Source: Chiloscyllium plagiosum (taxonomy: Eukaryota). Taken from it: a DNA stretch of 64,000 nucleotides. The translations under genes were made by a program, and so were the position numbers. The stretch spans positions 84,319,586-84,383,585 of the forward strand of contig NC_057718.1 in the NCBI RefSeq assembly GCF_004010195.1. Reading direction: 5' to 3'. Of the stretch, positions 49,688 to 63,444 are shown piece after piece (within the stretch, counting starts at the first letter, position 1; every line of letters starts with the position of its first letter). A model generated the notes under the pieces. It made no database searches and was not told where the DNA came from. It worked only from the letters and a program-made list of their open reading frames with translations.

Positions 49688-50644
49688 GGTTGGGTCTGGT
49701 TTTGATGCTGGATTGACTTGACATTGAATCTGATTTATGAACATAGGAATAGGAATAGCCAGTCAGTCCACTAAACTTATTCTGCCATTTAGTGAGATCA
49801 TGGCTAATCTAGGTCACCCATCTACTTAACTTGGATCATCCATGTTCCTCAATGCCATTACCTAACAAAAGTCTATCAAAACAAAATGATTAAGTGAGCT
49901 AGAATCTACTCACGTTTGTGGGAGTGAGTTCTACACTTTGCATGAAAAGCTGCTTCTTAATTGTCACAACCAAGTGAGGAGGAATGAATGCATCCCCCAC
50001 TCTCCAACCTTTTCAACTGACCACAAGGAAGATTTAATGGTCTTTTTAGCATGCAGCTCTACCTCACCTCAATAAAAATGTAGTTATTTAGTTCACACAA
50101 AATATTACACAGCCAGTTAACAAAGTTTTCTTGAGCACAAGCAAGAGGAATCTTATTACTTTCAAATACTGATAAAATTAATAAAGACAAAACACCAAAA
50201 CACGCATACGTACAAAATTAAAGACGTGAGAATATCCACTGCAAAGGGAAGAATATCCTCCATAATGGGATAACTTTCTTTCCTGAATGGCCTAACTCTT
50301 ATTTTAAGGTTATGTCCCTTTTACCAAATCAACCCACCAGGAGAAAGGGTTTCTCTTTACCTACTCTATAAATTCTTCTTCCTTAAGACTGTAACCAAAC
50401 TTTCCATCTACATTCCAAGGAATACAAGCTTTGCTTGTGCAATTTCTCCTTATATTCTAACTTTCAAAATTCCAGTAACATACTAATAAGTTTATTCTAT
50501 GCCTGTCCAAAGTTGATACTTTTTTTTTTAAGGTGTGGTGCATCCATCTCTAAATATTTCCTGTACCCAGAGATTTGCATTACGATAGCAAAGTCTTTTC
50601 TCCATTATATTCTTGCTCTCAACTTGTAAAGGCCATACTTTCAT

Positions 50645-51792
50645 CATGGCAGGACTCTTATCAGCATTGACGCACAGAGGGATCTTGGGTTCAAGCCCAT
50701 AGCTCCCTGAAAGTGGCCATTCAATTATATAGGGTGGTAAAGGAGTCATGTGGCATGCTTGCCTTTTTTGAATGAGGAATTGAGTGCAAGAGTTAGGATG
50801 TTATGTTGCAGCTTTATAAGGCTCTGGTTAGGCTACACAGGGTATTCCATTCAATTCTGGTCGCCACATTACAGGAAGGATGTGGAGGCTTTAGATAACG
50901 TGCAGAAGAGATTTAGCTGGATGAGAGGGTATGTGCTATAAGGAAAGGGGAGTGAAACTGGTGTCATTTTCTCTGGAGTGGTGGAAGCTGAGTGGATACT
51001 TGATAAGAAGTCTACAAAATGAGATGCATAGATAGGGTTGACAGTCAGAATGTTTTGCCCCCAGAATTGATATGTCTAACACTAAGGGGCGTGCATTTAA
51101 GGTGAGAGGAACAAAGTTCAAAAGAGATGTGAGGGGCAAGTTTTTTTAAAACAGAGTGGTAGGAGTCTGAAATGCACTGCCAGGGGTGATAGTGGAGGCA
51201 GACATGATAGCAGCATTTAAGAGACTTTTAGATAAGCACATTAATATGAAGGAATGGAGGGATATGGACCAAAGGCAGGCAGAAGGGATTAGTTTAATTT
51301 GGTATCATGTCTGGCACAACATCATGGGCCGATGGGCCTGTTGCTGTGCTTACAGTTCTATGTTCATACGTTATTGCACATATCAAATACATTTTAGTGA
51401 TCCATTTGCCTGAACCCCTAAAACTCCACATTTTACACTCATCATTTAAAATAAAAATTATGAAGGGCATGGATAGGGTGAATAATCAACATCTTTTTGT
51501 AGGGTGGGGGAGTCCAGAACTAGAGGGCACAAGTTTAAGGTGAGAGGCAAAAGATATAAAAAGGACCTGAGGGGTAACCTTTCCACACAGAGGGTGTTGC
51601 ATGTATGGAACAAGCTGCCAGGGGAAGTGGTGGAGGTGGCTACAACGACAACATTTCAAAAGCATCTAGATGGTTATATGAATAGGAAAGGTTTAAAACG
51701 CTGTGGGTCAAATGCTGTCAAATGGGACTAGGTCAGAATGGGATGACTGGTCAGTGCAGAAAAGTTGCACTGAAGGGTCTGTTTCTATGATT
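50645..51792 (+). mobile_element. Two tandem CR1 3' fragments
   Basis: IQFWSPHYRKDVEALDNVQKRF; GESRTRGHKFKVRG...VWNKLPGEVVE; two CR1 tails (~51360 and ~51790). Confidence 0.85.
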
Positions 51793-53897
51793 GTATAAAA
51801 AGTGCTAAAAATCTATCTTATTTTAAAAGTCAAAATGAGTTATCTCACACTTAACTACCAGTTACTTACTGTTACCTGAATACAAGTTATTTTAGAATTT
51901 GGATATGAACTAGTAGCATATAGGTTTGCTGTGTGTCTATGAAGGGTTGAATGATTAATTAGTAAATATTTCTATAACCAAAGTGATTTCCTTTTTTAAA
52001 AAAAAACAGCCTGAGGAAGATAAATTTTGAAGGCTAATGGGAATTTGTTTTCATTGGGAGAATTTTTAATGAGCAAGTAAAGTACTCTATTGTGCATTAG
52101 GCTTTCAAGTGTAAGTTTTTTTTTCAATTAGCAGAAATATCCACACCTTGTCCAAAAATCCCAATTGTTTCAGATGTCAAGGCATCCTTGTTAGCTCTCG
52201 CTAATCCGTTAAAATTTCTGTTGGTTTTCAGTAGATTTGTCTTTTATTATAAATTCTAATAACTTCCCCTCAATAGATGTTACACCAATAGGAATAATTT
52301 CCAATTTTTTTCTCTCAAAACCTTTTTAAATAATGGAGTTACATTTTCAATTTTCCAATCTCCAACGACAACTCTTACATCAAGTATACTTTAGACTACA
52401 GCTAATTCATTTGCAATTTGCTCACTAACGATCAGGCTCTTGAAAGTTTTCATTTTTAGAGCCATCGTGTTCCCCATCATGTGTTGGATCTAGTTTGCTT
52501 ACTTACTTGCGACTTTTTGGATGTCACACAGAATCATTTGGCAGTGGGAATAGATCAAGAATATATCAAAAAAAAACTTCACCAGCGAGACAAACTGCAT
52601 TTTTCAGGAAAGATCACCCAAGTGTCCTGGCCAACATTTATTTCTCAACAAACACACCGAAACAGATCAGGTGGCAATTACCACATTGTTCTTTGTGGCT
52701 CTTGCTGTGCACGAATTGGCTGACGCATTTCCTGCATGAAAATGGTGACTGCACTGCAAAAGTACATTAGTGATTGAAAGTCATTTTGAGACATCTGTGG
52801 TCACGAAAGATACCACGTAGATGTGTCTCTTTTCTTTACATATACTTCAATGCAAAGTGTCTAGCAAAGTAAAATGCAGCAAAAACAAAACCCAGAGATC
52901 AATCGAAGCTAAATAAATAGGAGAAGGAGGGAACTCGGCGTCTGAGGTGGGCCCAGGGGCGAGGAGATGGCATAGAAAGGGAGAACAACTCTATATTTAA
53001 TTCAGAATTGCATTATTGTTAAGCAGCCCAGCAGACATGACTAACATTTCAAACAAAAATGAGGTAGAGAGATTTGGAATAGTTGAGGTACTGAATACAC
53101 GTCACTTTTAGTATATTGCTGTATGCAACAAGTACATTCAGTCATCACAAAGTTGGCTAAATTGATTCAGAAACTGAACATAGTTTAAACCTTTTGACAC
53201 ACGTGTACTAGGGTGGGGGAAGGGGTAGAGAAGCAAGGATTCTTCACCTACAACTGCCTATGTTGCATCTGAAAAACAAGTGGTTGGCAGTTGGAGGTCT
53301 AACACTTTGTGCATACATATGTTGAATGGTAATTTGTCCCCCCCCCCCCCCCCCCCCGTGACCCCATTTCAAAGACTGAAAATTGCAGGACCCCACAGTT
53401 GAGAGCTATTGGACAATGGGGATGCAGGGCAGGGAGATGGTGGGGTGAGATGTGGCACAGAGAAGATTTGGGGATAGCAAGAGGCAAAGCATTTAATCCG
53501 CAGAGGTTTTCATTAGCATTTTTGCAACAGGACAGTGGAAGCACTGGAAGTTGACAAAAGGAGGCTACTCTACTTTCAATTCAAGTGCAGTCTGTTGTCA
53601 TACAAACCACCAAAGCCTAGGATAGGTTCTTCCACCATCCCCTGCCTGCTGCCAAAATTGCTAAACTGACTACATTTCTGTTTCTCTTTATAGAACATGT
53701 CTCTTCTGCCACTCCCAATGACAAATAGGATGCAGATAGTGCAAAACATACTAAAATAATGCGGAAAGACTGGCAACAAAAGCTCTCCCCAGAATACTGT
53801 AATCATATACTTTAGTGTTACGAATGTATCAAGGCTGATTTTTAGCATAACAATAAATATCAAAACATACAAAATAAAACATTTGTAACGACTGGAT

Positions 53898-54027
53898 AAA
53901 AACCATGACTGCCGATGCTGGAAACCAGATTCTGGATTAGTGGTGCTAGAAGAGCACAGTAGTTCAGGCAGCATCCTGATTTTACTGCTCCTCGGATGTT
54001 GCCTGAACCGCTGTGCTCTTCCAGCAC
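53898..54027. repeat. Palindromic PLE-terminus pair running into an assembly gap
   Basis: Arms 53943-53976 and 53994-54027 are near-perfect reverse complements. Confidence 0.75.
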
Positions 54028-54527
54028 NNNNNNNNNNNNNNNNNNNNNNNNNNNNNNNNNNNNNNNNNNNNNNNNNNNNNNNNNNNNNNNNNNNNNNNNN
54101 NNNNNNNNNNNNNNNNNNNNNNNNNNNNNNNNNNNNNNNNNNNNNNNNNNNNNNNNNNNNNNNNNNNNNNNNNNNNNNNNNNNNNNNNNNNNNNNNNNNN
54201 NNNNNNNNNNNNNNNNNNNNNNNNNNNNNNNNNNNNNNNNNNNNNNNNNNNNNNNNNNNNNNNNNNNNNNNNNNNNNNNNNNNNNNNNNNNNNNNNNNNN
54301 NNNNNNNNNNNNNNNNNNNNNNNNNNNNNNNNNNNNNNNNNNNNNNNNNNNNNNNNNNNNNNNNNNNNNNNNNNNNNNNNNNNNNNNNNNNNNNNNNNNN
54401 NNNNNNNNNNNNNNNNNNNNNNNNNNNNNNNNNNNNNNNNNNNNNNNNNNNNNNNNNNNNNNNNNNNNNNNNNNNNNNNNNNNNNNNNNNNNNNNNNNNN
54501 NNNNNNNNNNNNNNNNNNNNNNNNNNN

Positions 54528-57400
54528 GAGTCATCATTCCTTGGTTGAAGACGTTTCTCCTTATCTCCATTCTAAAAGGTCTTCTAAGGCTGTGCCCTCG
54601 AGTCCTAGTCTCTCCTAACAATGGAAACAACTTCCCAACATCTATTCTGTCCAAGCCATTCAGTATTCTGTATGTTTTAATTAGATACACCCCTCATCCT
54701 TCTAAACTCCATATATTCCTCATATATAAGCTTTTCATTCCTGGGACCATTCTCGTGAACCTCCTCTGAACACACTCCTGGGCCAGTGCGTCCCTTTGGA
54801 GATATGGGGCCCAAAACTGTACACAATACTCCAAATGTGGTCTGACCAGAGCCTTAAAGAGCCTCAGTACATCCCTGCCTTCATATTCAAGTCCTCTCAA
54901 AATAAAAGCCATTATTGCATTTGCCTTCATAACTACTGACTCAACCTGCAAGTTTACCTTGAGAGAATTCTGGACTAGAACTCCCAAGTCACTTTGCACT
55001 TTAAACCTCTGAATCTTCTGCCCATTTAGAAAATAGTCCATGCCTCTATTCTTCCTACCAAACCTTCCCACATTGTACCCCACTTGCCACTTTGCCCAAT
55101 TGCCCAACCTGCCCAAATCCTTCTGCAGCCTCTCCAATGCTACCTGTCCCTTTACCTACCTTTGTATCATCTACAAACTTAGCCAGTTCCTTTATCTAGA
55201 TCATTAATGGTTAAAGTGAAAGGCATGGCTGTATAAAAGCAATGAATAGTCTTTAAAGAACGGTTACCTGACTTGCAACTATACATTCCTTCAAGATACT
55301 AAAACTCAAAATGCTTCATCAGCAGTTGATGACTGACAAGTTAAAGATTAAAATAACAGGCATATAAAGTTACATAGAAACAGAAGATGGGAGAAGACAA
55401 CTCGAGCCTCCGTCGCCATAGCTGATTATCAAGCTGATTACCATTTCCCTTCATCTCTTTAGCCACAAGAGCTATATCAACTGCCTTCTTGAAAACACAT
55501 GTTTTGACCTCAACCTCTTTCTATGGTAGCAAGCTCACCACTCTCTGGGTTTCTCCTTATCTCACTCCTAAAACTATGACCCTTGTTTCTAGATTCCCTC
55601 ATCATCAGGAACATCCTTCCTGCATCTAACCTGTCTTGCCCTGTAAGAATGAGAAGTTCTCTCTTATTCTTCTAAATCCATTCTCTCTTCCCTCTCTCTT
55701 CACATCAGGCCCTGCTATCCCAGGAGTCAATTTGGTAAATCTTCGCTGCAATTCCTGTATAACAAAGCATTTTTCCTCAGAAACCAAAACTGCTCTCAAT
55801 ATTCCAGGTGTGGTCTCATTAATGCTCTGTATGATTGCAGCAAGACATTCTTGTTCCTGGACTCTAATCCACTTGCTACAAGAGCCAATGTACAGTTTGC
55901 CTTCTTTACTGCCTACTACACCTGTGTACATACTTTCAGCAACTGGTCCACAAGGACACCCAGGTTTCATTGAACATTCCCCTCACTCAATTTACAGCCT
56001 TTCAAAGATTAATCTGCTATTTTTGCAATCAAAGTGGGTAACGTCACATTTATTCACATTTTACTGCATGGCCTTGCATTTGCCGATTGACTCAGCCTTT
56101 TCAAATCAATCAAACTGCAATATCTCTGCATCTTCCATACAGTTGTGTCACCTACAAATTTTGAGATATTACATTTTGTTCGCTCATCAAAAATAATAGT
56201 AAATCTCAGGAATGGGAGGCTTTTAGAATACAGTAAAGGAGAACAAAGAAACTGAGAGGGAAAAGGAGAATAGAATAGGAATGCAATCTAGCGAGTAACA
56301 TAAAATATGGACTGTAAATACTTTGAAGACTACACAAAATGGAAACATTTCAAATGTGAGTCCATTAAATGCAAAGGCACAGAATTTATAATGAGAAACA
56401 AAAATGGAAGAGAAGCCAAATGATTATTTGAGTCATAGAGATGTCCAGCATGGAAACAGACCCTTCAGTCCAACCCGTCCATGCTGACCAGATATCCCAA
56501 CCCAATCTAGTCCCACCTGCCAGCGCCCGGCCCATATCCCTCCAAACCCTTCCTATTCATATACCCATCCAAATGCCTCTTAAATGTTGCAATTGTACCA
56601 GCCTCCACCACTTCCNNNNNNNNNNNNNNNNNNNNNNNNNNNNNNNNNNNNNNNNNNNNNNNNNNNNNNNNNNNNNNNNNNNNNNNNNNNNNNNNNNNNN
56701 NNNNNNNNNNNNNNNNNNNNNNNNNNNNNNNNNNNNNNNNNNNNNNNNNNNNNNNNNNNNNNNNNNNNNNNNNNNNNNNNNNNNNNNNNNNNNNNNNNNN
56801 NNNNNNNNNNNNNNNNNNNNNNNNNNNNNNNNNNNNNNNNNNNNNNNNNNNNNNNNNNNNNNNNNNNNNNNNNNNNNNNNNNNNNNNNNNNNNNNNNNNN
56901 NNNNNNNNNNNNNNNNNNNNNNNNNNNNNNNNNNNNNNNNNNNNNNACCTCGCATTTATCTGAATTAAACTCCATCTGCCACTTGTCAGCCCATTGGCCC
57001 ATCTGGTCCAGATCCTGTTGTAATCTGAGGTATCCCTCTTCGTTGTCCACTACACCTCCAATTTTGGTGTCATCTGCAAACTTACTAACTGAACCTTTTA
57101 TGCTCGCATCCAAATCATTTATGTAAATAACAAAAAGTAGACGGCCCAGCATCGATCCTTGTGGCACTCCACTGGTCACAGGCCTCTAGTCTGAAAAACA
57201 ACCCTCCACCACCACTCTCTGTCTTCTACCTTTGAGCCAGTTCTGTATCCAAATGGCTAGTTCTCCCTATATTCCATGTGATCTAACCTTGCTAATCAGT
57301 CTCCCATGGGAAACCTTGTCGAACGCCTTAGTGAAGTCCATATAGATCACATCTACTGCTCTGCCCTCAATCTTCTTTGTTACTTCTTCAAAAAACTCAA
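54528..57400 (-). mobile_element. Cluster of three minus-strand CR1 3' fragments
   Basis: LVRPHLEYCVQFWAPY (54694-55137), RRFTKLTPGI (55626-55970), GVPQGSMLGRLLFVIYINDL..KFADDTK (56947-57179). Confidence 0.88.
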
Positions 57401-57419
57401 TTTACACAGAGGAATAAAC

Positions 57420-58310
57420 AAGCTGTCACCCGAGTGACGAGGGAGTTAAAGGAAATTAGTATTAGTAAGAAGATTGTACTGGAGAAATTAATCGGGATGA
57501 AAGTTGATAGCTACCCAGGACCTGACAGTCTACATCCCAGAGCTTTGAAGGAAGTGGCTAGAGAGATAATTACCAGTGCATTTACTATCTTCCAAAATTC
57601 TAAATATTCGAGAACAGTACTTGCAGATTGGAAGCTAGCAAATGTTACTCCACTATTTAAGAAAGGAGCAAAAGAGAAAACATGGAACTACAAACCTGTT
57701 AGCCTTATATCAGTAGTAAGCAGAATCTATTGTAAAGGATGTGCTGAATGGATACTTGGATAATAATCTGATTAGAGACAAAAAGCATGGTGCTCCTAAT
57801 AATCCGATTTGGCATGTCAGCATGAAATTGTAGATGGGAAATCAGATTTGCCAAATTTGTTGCAGTTTAATGATGTTACTCACAAAATTGACAAAAGGGA
57901 ATTGATGGACGTTTGGATTTTCAAAAGGCTTTTGATAAGGACCTAAAGGAGGCTGTTTAGCAAAATTAAAGCACATGGGATAGAAGGCAAAGTGTTGGCA
58001 TGGATTAAAGATCAGGTAGCATGCGTAAAGCACATCATTGGAATGAATGGGTTAATTCATACTGACAGACTGTAACTAGCGGGATATCACTGGATCAGTA
58101 CTAGAGCCCCAGCTGTACACAATATTTATATAAATTATTTGGATGTGGAAATAAAATGCAATAGTTCCAAATTTTCAGACTTTACTCTGGTAAAAATGTT
58201 TACATGGAGAATGTGGGTAAAGGATATTGTGACATTTGATTAGCTACGATTGTATTAAATGTTGGAGCAGGCTTGATGCGCTGAATAGCCTACCTCTGCA
58301 GCTATGTATG
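57420..58310 (+). mobile_element. CR1 RT fragment
   Basis: PGPDSLHPRALKE...DWKLANVTPLFKKG...NYKPVSLISVV. Confidence 0.85.
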
Positions 58311-59379
58311 TCAGATAGATCTATTTTTGTCAATTTCCTTCCTGTTCAAATCATCCATTCCACTGCTGACCGTGCGGACTCTGCAAGTGGCTCTGCTCTC
58401 ACCACCCTATCCACATCACCTTCCAGAATATTCATTCACTTGTGGCCCTGGTCATCCATAAGGATATTGTGAAGGATTGCTTCAGCATCATTGCCTTGAT
58501 GGAGTGTGACTGAAGGGGTGACATTTTCTCCGTTAATGAAGTCTCATATCTGGCTACACATTCTACGACTTGCCTCATCAAGAACATTGCAGTGAAGGTG
58601 TGGTGCTAATCATCAGATTACACTTTGTCCTGGCCCTCCACTCTTTTGGAACCAACACCTCCTTTGAGTATCTCACCTTATTCCACCCTTCTCATGTAAA
58701 ATCCTCATTGTGAACTATCCACCCAAGTTAACAAGAATTTCCCCACTTTACCTGACTTTTAGACACATTTTGATAGGAAGAGATTTTTCTACTGAACAAG
58801 CAGCACTATTTATTCCTCACAATTAGACTCCAGCTACTGGTAAACAGTTAGAAGCCACGTATCTATTATTACCAACCAAAACTCGAATCCCCTTGTAAAC
58901 CCCCCATTACATACACAAACAAGCAAATGGGGAAATAGATTATTGGACAGAGGGGGAAAATGGGACAGTTCAGTAGTTTTTGTTTCTAGATTCTGTTGTT
59001 GAGATGATCCTTCTGACTTTTTTGTTGCCCAGCACAATGCTTCAATCACCTTTTGCTAATGCTTCCACTGGTTGTAAGAGACACAGATAGGCCAGTTCTT
59101 TATTAAAATCCTTGCAATTATCAGTTAAAACAACTGTTTGGGAAGATAAACTGATTTTTTTCAGGTTTATAGTGAGTTTTGACTGCAAGTAAACTGCTCC
59201 TGAACTGGGAAGAAGTAAATAATTCCCAGTTCCAAGCTGTTAAGTTACCAGAGAACCAATCACACAATGTTGGCAGGCAAATAACTGTCACTGATAGCTG
59301 GTCACCAGTCCATAGACCAATCAACTTTTTATTGCCTGCACAAGAATGCAGTTTTGTTGCATTAGAGTGAAACTGGAGT

Positions 59380-60462
59380 TTGATGAAACAGGGAGTTAGG
59401 TGAAAGAAGGGAAGTAATCAGTAACTCCTTTTCACTTATTGGTGAGTACTTCTGTTTTTTAAATATAAAAGTAAAGTCTAAGGGCCTAATGGGAAAGAGT
59501 GACCAGAAGAAACTCTTACAGTAAAGACCAGAGGTCAGAGAGAGACTGAATCTGGCAAGGACCTTCACAGCAGAACAGTGAGAAAACTTTTGAATGACCA
59601 GCCCAGTGTTATTTTTATTCAATCCAGAGGCAGAGCTCGTGAGGTGGTGTCAAAGTGACATGGAGAAGTGGAAGCTGCTGAATGAGTGAGTAAGGGCAAC
59701 AAGCATTATTGCATATTGGTTGTGAAGTCTTTTTTGTGGTTTATAATTTGTAAGGGCTATATTTTGTTTTAACAAGTGAAGAAGGGCTCTAAAGTAATTA
59801 ATGTTATTTGAATAGTCCTTTAAAAATTTAGTCCAGAGGGGTACATCATGGCAGGTGAGCTCAAAGCCATGGTTTACTCCTCCTGAACAATGTGGGAAGC
59901 TGGGCACATTTACAATGCTTAGGGCCAGGATGTGTGCAGGAAAAATCACAAGCTGCAGTTCCTGGAGACCTGGGTTTTAGAGTGGCAGCTGGGTACACTA
60001 TGGAGCAAATGTAAAGCTGAGAATATTGTGGATAGCATGTACAGAGAACTGTTCACACTATTCGCAAAGACTCCATAGGTAGAAAGGGAGTGGGTATCCA
60101 CCACAAGAGAATGAGAACTACATAGGCTTGAACCCATTGTGGTTAATCCTCTGCAAAGCGGACATACCACTCCGGATAGTGTTTTTGGAGATGGGGGGGG
60201 GAAGCGCAATGACTTCTTAGGGGAAACCAATAACAGCCAAATTAATTGTACCACAGTTGGCTCTGCTAAACAGGAGAGGAGAGAAAGTGTAGGAATGCAA
60301 TAGTCATTGGGGGATTCAAACGTAGAGGGAAAGGTGGGTGTTTCTGTGGCTGCAAACAAGATTCCATAATGATATGCTTCCCTGATGCTAACGTCAAGAA
60401 TGTTTTTGAGTATCTACAGGACATCCTGGAGGGGGAGGGTGAACAGCCAATTGTAACGGTAC
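59380..60462 (+). mobile_element. CR1 5' UTR/ORF1 remnant
   Basis: Cys-rich ORF1 start near 59850-59960; ATAGTCATTGGGGATTCA (IVIGDS) and ICFPDANVKNV...LEGEGEQPIV esterase N-terminus. Confidence 0.6.
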
Positions 60463-61614
60463 AGACCATCCATGGCCTCACTCCTCCCTATCTCTATTCT
60501 CCTTCATACCCTATTATCAGTAATGTTTCCTACACAACAGCTGTGACTGCATTTCAAAAGTACTTCAGTACAAAAATCTGTGAAGCATTTTAAGATATTT
60601 CCAGTGCTCATGAAAGGCAAAGTGTCTCTCTTTCCATCTGCACTCATCTAATTCTGGCCTCTTGAGAATCCAGTATTTTAATTGTTCCATTATTGGTGAC
60701 TGTGTCTTCAGTTCCTGAATTCTCTCCCTGAACCTCTCCACTTGTCTCTACTCACTTCCCTCCTTTAAACACTCCCCAATATCTGACTCTTTGACCAGGC
60801 TTTTAGCTATCTATCAGAATATCTAATAGTATCAAAGTTTGCTTTGCAGTGCTCCTGTCAAATTCCAATGAATATTTTATTTCTCTTTTTCTATCCAGAA
60901 GGGCAATCACACACAGCCAAATGACCTTTTCCACAACTAAAGCAATGGGTGGCAATTTTCACCTATTAACCACCACCATTAAAATTACCAATGTTTTCCA
61001 ATTGTTCAATGTCTTTCAGCGGTGAATTTTATTTTATCCCCCATATCCAGAAGTCCTCTCTCCTACAACTGAACATTTATTTCTCAATCATAAAATCACC
61101 CATGCATTTTTCATCTATTAACCATCACCAGTAAATCATTGAAGTTTCCCAACTGATTAATTTATATGCAAAGCTCGTTAAGGGCAACGAAGACCAGCAA
61201 AGGGGAAGGAGAGGAAGCAGAGTTGGAAGGGAATGAACATTTTGTTGTTAATGTCCATTTATAAAACACATGAAGTTGCTGTCCTGACTGTTAGACTGCA
61301 AAACTTCACATGAATCTAGCACATTTTAGAGTCGTACTTACAAAATAAAGCAGAAATTATGCAGATTTCTAGAATTTTACAAAATGCAGGATGACATTTT
61401 GGCCCCTGTACTACTGTCCGCTCTTTGAAAGAGATATCCAATTAGTAACACTCCCTCTTTGTTGGCACAATCCAGAAATGCCTTACTTTTCAGTATATTT
61501 TAAATCTTTTGCAAATTTCTATCGAGTCTGCTTCCATGCTTTTTCCAGATCACATCTTATGTTAAAAAAACTCCCAATGATTTTAAATCTTGGTCCACTG
61601 GTTACTAACGGTAT

Positions 61615-62475
61615 CGGCAGCAAATACCAGACTAATGTCATTTACAAGTTCGCTGATGACACCACCAGAGTTGGTCAGTCTTAGATGGCAATGAAACAGA
61701 TTAGAGGGGAGGTGGATGACATGGAAAAATGGTGCACTGAATACAACCTAGCTCTCAATGCCAGAAAAACCAAGGAACTCATTACTGACTTCCAGTGGGA
61801 TGTTACTCATGCCCTCCCCTACACAGTAACAGCACAGAGGTGGAATGAGTGGAGAGTATCAAGCTCCTGTGTTAATCAACAACAAGCTTTCTTGGACTCT
61901 TCATGTGGACACACTGATTACAAAGGCCCAACAATGTCTCTTCTTCCTCAGGCAGCTGAGGAAACTTAGCATGATGGTGAATACCCTTGCCAACTTTTAT
62001 AGGTGCACCATCGAGAACGTTCTGTCTGGATGTATCACTACCTGGTATGGCAACCGTACCATTCAAGATTGGAGACGGTTACAGAGAGTGGTGAACTCAA
62101 CCCAGACAATCACAAAGGCCAATCTCCCATCTATAAAATCCATCCACTAGGCCCGCTGTCAAGGAAAGGTCGCGAACATTTTCAAAGATCCATCCCACCC
62201 TGGCAATGCTTTTCTACAACCTCTACCATCAGGGAGAAGGTACAGAAGCCTGAACATATGCACCAGCTGGTTTTGAAACCGTTTCTACCCTACTGTTGTT
62301 AGGATACTGAATGGACTCTCAAAATCTTAGCATTCGTTTGTACCTGTTTTTGTTTTGCCACTGTTTATCTATTATTACTTAGCTATGCTATTTAACTATG
62401 TGATTTGCCTGTATTGCTTGCAAGACAAAGCTTTTCACCGTGCCTCGGTACAAGTGACCATTAACTTCAATTCAA
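61615..62475 (+). mobile_element. Rex1/Babar-clade LINE 3' fragment, ending ~150 bp from the exon 2 donor
   Basis: YKFADDTT, WCTEYNLALNARKTKELITDF, KAQQCLFFLRQLRK...NFYRCTIENVLSGCITTWYG, and a TTCAA-type tail. Confidence 0.85.
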
Positions 62476-62621
62476 GAGTTTCATTAAAACCCTTCTGCTT
62501 TGAGCACCTGTATCAATTCTCCCTGAACCTTCTATGCTTGAAACAGAACAATCCCAGTTTCCACAATCTCTCCACCACCTGAATTGTAATATTGCTCAGC
62601 ATTGTTATATATTTGCCTTAC

Positions 62622-62776
62622 CTTGTCAAATCCTTTCAAGCCACCATGTATACTGTTTGGCCCATTATTAATGGGCAGCTGATATTCCTTTCCATCAATA
62701 CTAAATTTCCCTCCTGCAATTCGATTTGCAACACGGCCAATCACTGCCCCAAAGTATGGATGCTTGTTAATATAAC
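62622..62776 (-). CDS. GALM: Galactose mutarotase (aldose 1-epimerase) coding exon 2
   Basis: Translates (G)[51 protein letters not shown], with the aldose epimerase GRVANRI and HGG motifs. Acceptor TTTACAG, donor GTAAGG, 155 nt. Confidence 0.97.
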
Positions 62777-63444
62777 CTGTAAACATAATTTAAACAAGTT
62801 ATCATCCAGGAGTGAGTGATTTTGACTTCTTAATACTTTTTTGCACTTTACAAATTACATTGACACTCAATCGAATTTTGTTAGTTTCTTCCTCTCTAAA
62901 ATTGTTACTGTTTTCCAATGTCTTTTGGAACGAGCAATAACAACCCAAGTTTATAAAGCATTTTTAATGTATTCAGACATCTAACATATCTCACAGGAGC
63001 ACTGTAAACTGTCTGACTTGTTGCTCTGTCCTGTTCAAAGAGGCAATGGGCCAGATCATCTTGACATTATATTCCATCTGCCAATTTGTTGTTCATTAGC
63101 TCAACCTGACTATATTCCTTTACAGATGTTTGTCATCCTCACCACTTGCTTTCCCAATTACTTTGGGTCATCCACAACTTGATGATAGTTCATTCATTTA
63201 CCTCAGCCAAGTCATTAATATATACTGTAAATACCTGTGGTCCCAGCACTGTTCCCTGTGGCACACTGCTGGTAACAGATTGTCATTGTGAAATGCTACC
63301 CTTACGCCAGGGCCTGGAATAATGATGGAGGAGGTAAAACTACACTGTCTCTGAGCATTTTGCTTTGACTGCGCGGGAGGGGGAAGAACAGGATGACATC
63401 AGATTGATCTCTTTCCTCAGTATCTCCCTGGGTCCCACACCCCT

